Shown: positions 61,701 to 64,000 of the stretch, in pieces
Numbering within the stretch: position 1 is the stretch's first letter
Layout: each line of letters starts with the position of its first letter
Assembly: GCA_000934665.2 (NCBI GenBank)
Contig: KZ538280.1
Location: forward strand, 1 to 64,000
DNA from: Catajapyx aquilonaris
Lineage: Eukaryota
Length of the DNA: 64,000 nucleotides
Direction: 5' to 3'
The notes under the pieces: model-generated
The model's database searches: none
Told to the model about the DNA's origin: nothing
What the model saw: only the letters and a program-made list of their open reading frames with translations
Program-made: the position numbers and the translations under genes

Positions 61701-64000
61701 CGGGAGAGTCACCTGTACCCATCTGAGGCCCGTGGATCATCCCCATGAGGCTCATATGGGTTTAGCACGTGCGTTTGTGGGGGGGTGTGTGGGTGGTAGG
61801 AGGGAGGAGGGTGGAATGGATGTGTNGTGGATGCAGTGCGAGGGATTTTTGCCATGCAAAGCACAGCCAGGATTCCAGGTCCCATCAGCCGCTTGCATTT
61901 GCCAGCCAGAACGTGTGCAAGTTCAGTATGTGGAAAAGGGGAGGGGTTGGGGGAGTATGAGGACGGAGCTACTACGTGTGAGGAGGGGAGAGGGAGAAAA
62001 GAGAATGGACATATCGCATGTACCCGGCTGAAGTTTGACCATCTAAAAATATCCACCCCTTTCTGTATATAAAAATTCATCCCTCTACCCTTCCCCCTAT
62101 CCTTCACCATAACATGAAGGCCAACATGGCGCCTGCACTTGACCTGGCGCAACCCCCCTATAATTACCCTGCCGCTTAATAACATTAGTCCAGCAGGGAT
62201 CCCCCCCTCTCCACCACCCTACATTCTACTAACCCTGACGTCACATCCGTCACATACACCTTTTGACTGATAGTATCGCACACCTTAGCCATTATCATAC
62301 TCTCAGCTTCTAAGATGGAGTCTGCAAAACGCAACAAGCAGACAGACAGAGAGATGCTGAGTTCCAGAACGGATGCAGGAATCAATAGAGCGACCGAGGG
62401 AAAGGGAGGGGTCCTTCCCCCTTTCCTCCTCTCTACTCCCCCCTCTGCACCTACCCCCTTCAAAAGCCCACCCTCCTCACCAGAAATGCATGGAGGAAGA
62501 GGAAGGATAACTGAGCGGTAATGTATGTGCATATGGGATATGTGTGGGGAAGGGGGAAGGAAGGAACCGTGGGGAGAATCCAAAGTGGGCGGTAGATGTA
62601 TAGGGGCTGGGGGAGGCTGCAGGAGGCGGATGAGGAAGAGGAGGAGGAGATGAGGGGGGGGGGGGAGTGCAGCCACATATGCTGGGGAGTATGGATCGTC
62701 TGCATACCCGCAGTAGACTNCCCCCCCCATGCTCATTCCCCCATCTTAGAAAACCGCGCCTGGAATCTAGCCATCCCGCAGTACCGGTTGCCGGTTGCAT
62801 ACAGTCCAGGATGAACGGAAAAAAACCGGCTGTAAATAATGCGGCACGTGCCTATTCCGACACGCGCAACCGCAACAAGTCCTTAACAGCCAGTTCCTAA
62901 TACATTTTTCACCACCCAGCTCACGATTATATCTTTCAATACCACGCTCGGCTATACTGTACACCCCGTAACATGTAATCACGTCCACAAACATTTCCGC
63001 GGCCTTTCTACAGTTCCAGATAAACCGCAAATACACGTACCGGTACAGTCGACCGATGCATTTGTTTTTAAAGAATTCTATAGGAAACATTAAAAAATTC
63101 TGAAAATGTCAAAAAAAAAAGAAATTGCTGGCAAATTGAATACCGATTTTCCTCCCAGTTGGCGCACTTTGGCAACCATCTTCCTGCACGTGGAATGAAT
63201 GGCCGGTGCATTAGGCGCGGGGGTATAGATTGTGACTAATGAGACTAGATATGTGCCGACTGACTGTTGCTGATACACAAAAGCCCTGGCAATTTGTAAT
63301 TAGTGCGCGCGCATTAATTATTCCCTTTTTCCTTACGTCACGATGACGTGCGGGTTCTTCAATTATGGGGACCTGGAAGATAGGCGGATGCGTTGGACCG
63401 GCGCAAATGAATGCACAATGCCTATTGGTACCATCATCAGGGTAAGATGAGCTTGTAAAGGGGGTTTTTGCAAATGAGTGCAGAATATGTCCAAGATATT
63501 CCTGGAACCATTGGTAAGATGAGCTGGAGCGTTGCAAATGGTCCAGAGAGGCAGAGTTCTCCCCCCATCCCCTCCCTCCCTACCATCTTTCCTCCCCGCT
63601 ACTTATACTCTTCTACAACACCCCATGCAAGCATCGGACACCTCCACCGCTCCCCCCTTGTGAAAGCCAACTCCTCCTCCTGCTCCACCCCCCACTTCTC
63701 GTCTGGCGCGCAGCTCGAGTGAGTTGCCAAGAGTGGAAAAACTTGGAAAAACTTGAGGCAGACGTGGATGTGGAAGGGGGATGAGAGGCTAGAGAGGGGC
63801 TAAAAAGAGGAGGGGGAGGCAAAGAGGGGGATGGCGGGGGAAAAAAAAACGGGGAGGTGAGGGAGGGGAGACTATTTGCGCGCGCAACCCGCCGCCCAGA
63901 AGGATAATGATTACTAGCGCAATGTTGCCGGATCTGGACCGCTACCTTTTCCGCTCAAAAACTCGTTCCTTCTTGTATTCAATGTTAGTTAAGTTAATTA

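Noticed and set aside
21596..62720. Scattered single N bases
   Set aside because: Nearly all sit in or beside G/C homopolymers; these are sequencing or consensus ambiguities, not biology
62185..62736. 183-aa Pro/Gly-rich ORF, and similar ORFs at 2291, 19178, 33744 and 37312
   Set aside because: Products of homopolymer and GA tracts, open on several frames at once, no protein family resemblance
1..64000. Conserved miRNAs (miR-10, iab-4, let-7, miR-9, miR-124, bantam etc.)
   Set aside because: No mature sequence recognised by eye; a miRBase or MirGeneDB search is still needed to exclude them
1..64000. Enrichment of Su(H) (GTGRGAA), TCF (CTTTGAT), NBRE and CArG motifs
   Set aside because: Counts seen are close to rough chance expectation for motifs this short

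Overview
This is AT/GC-mosaic eukaryotic DNA, most likely from a bilaterian invertebrate. One SINE body resembles arthropod Lm1/Talua-type SINEs, recognised from memory rather than by a search. I find no credible protein-coding ORF: the six-frame ORFs are short, overlap on all frames, are low-complexity or run through an N gap. The window therefore looks like a large intron or gene-desert regulatory landscape. Well-supported features are two full-length tRNA-derived SINEs with TSDs and A-tails (7016-7251 minus, 53296-53760 plus), a V-domain SINE and two weaker SINE heads. Also well supported are several TA-flanked Tc1/mariner-type MITEs and other foldback elements, short tandem repeats, microsatellites and a 118-N gap. 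The most interesting signals are (1) a roughly 100-nt domain with apparently covarying hairpins shared by two otherwise different SINEs, (2) eight perfect CRE palindromes plus ETS-CRE, SRE-like and MEF2 sites, (3) a candidate small exon with two alternative donors at 58724, (4) nested, deleted and tandem-amplified MITE junctions, and (5) recognisable TEs confined to AT-rich spacers between GC-rich islands. All motif calls were made by eye and are hypotheses. I cannot demonstrate a novel system from the sequence alone.
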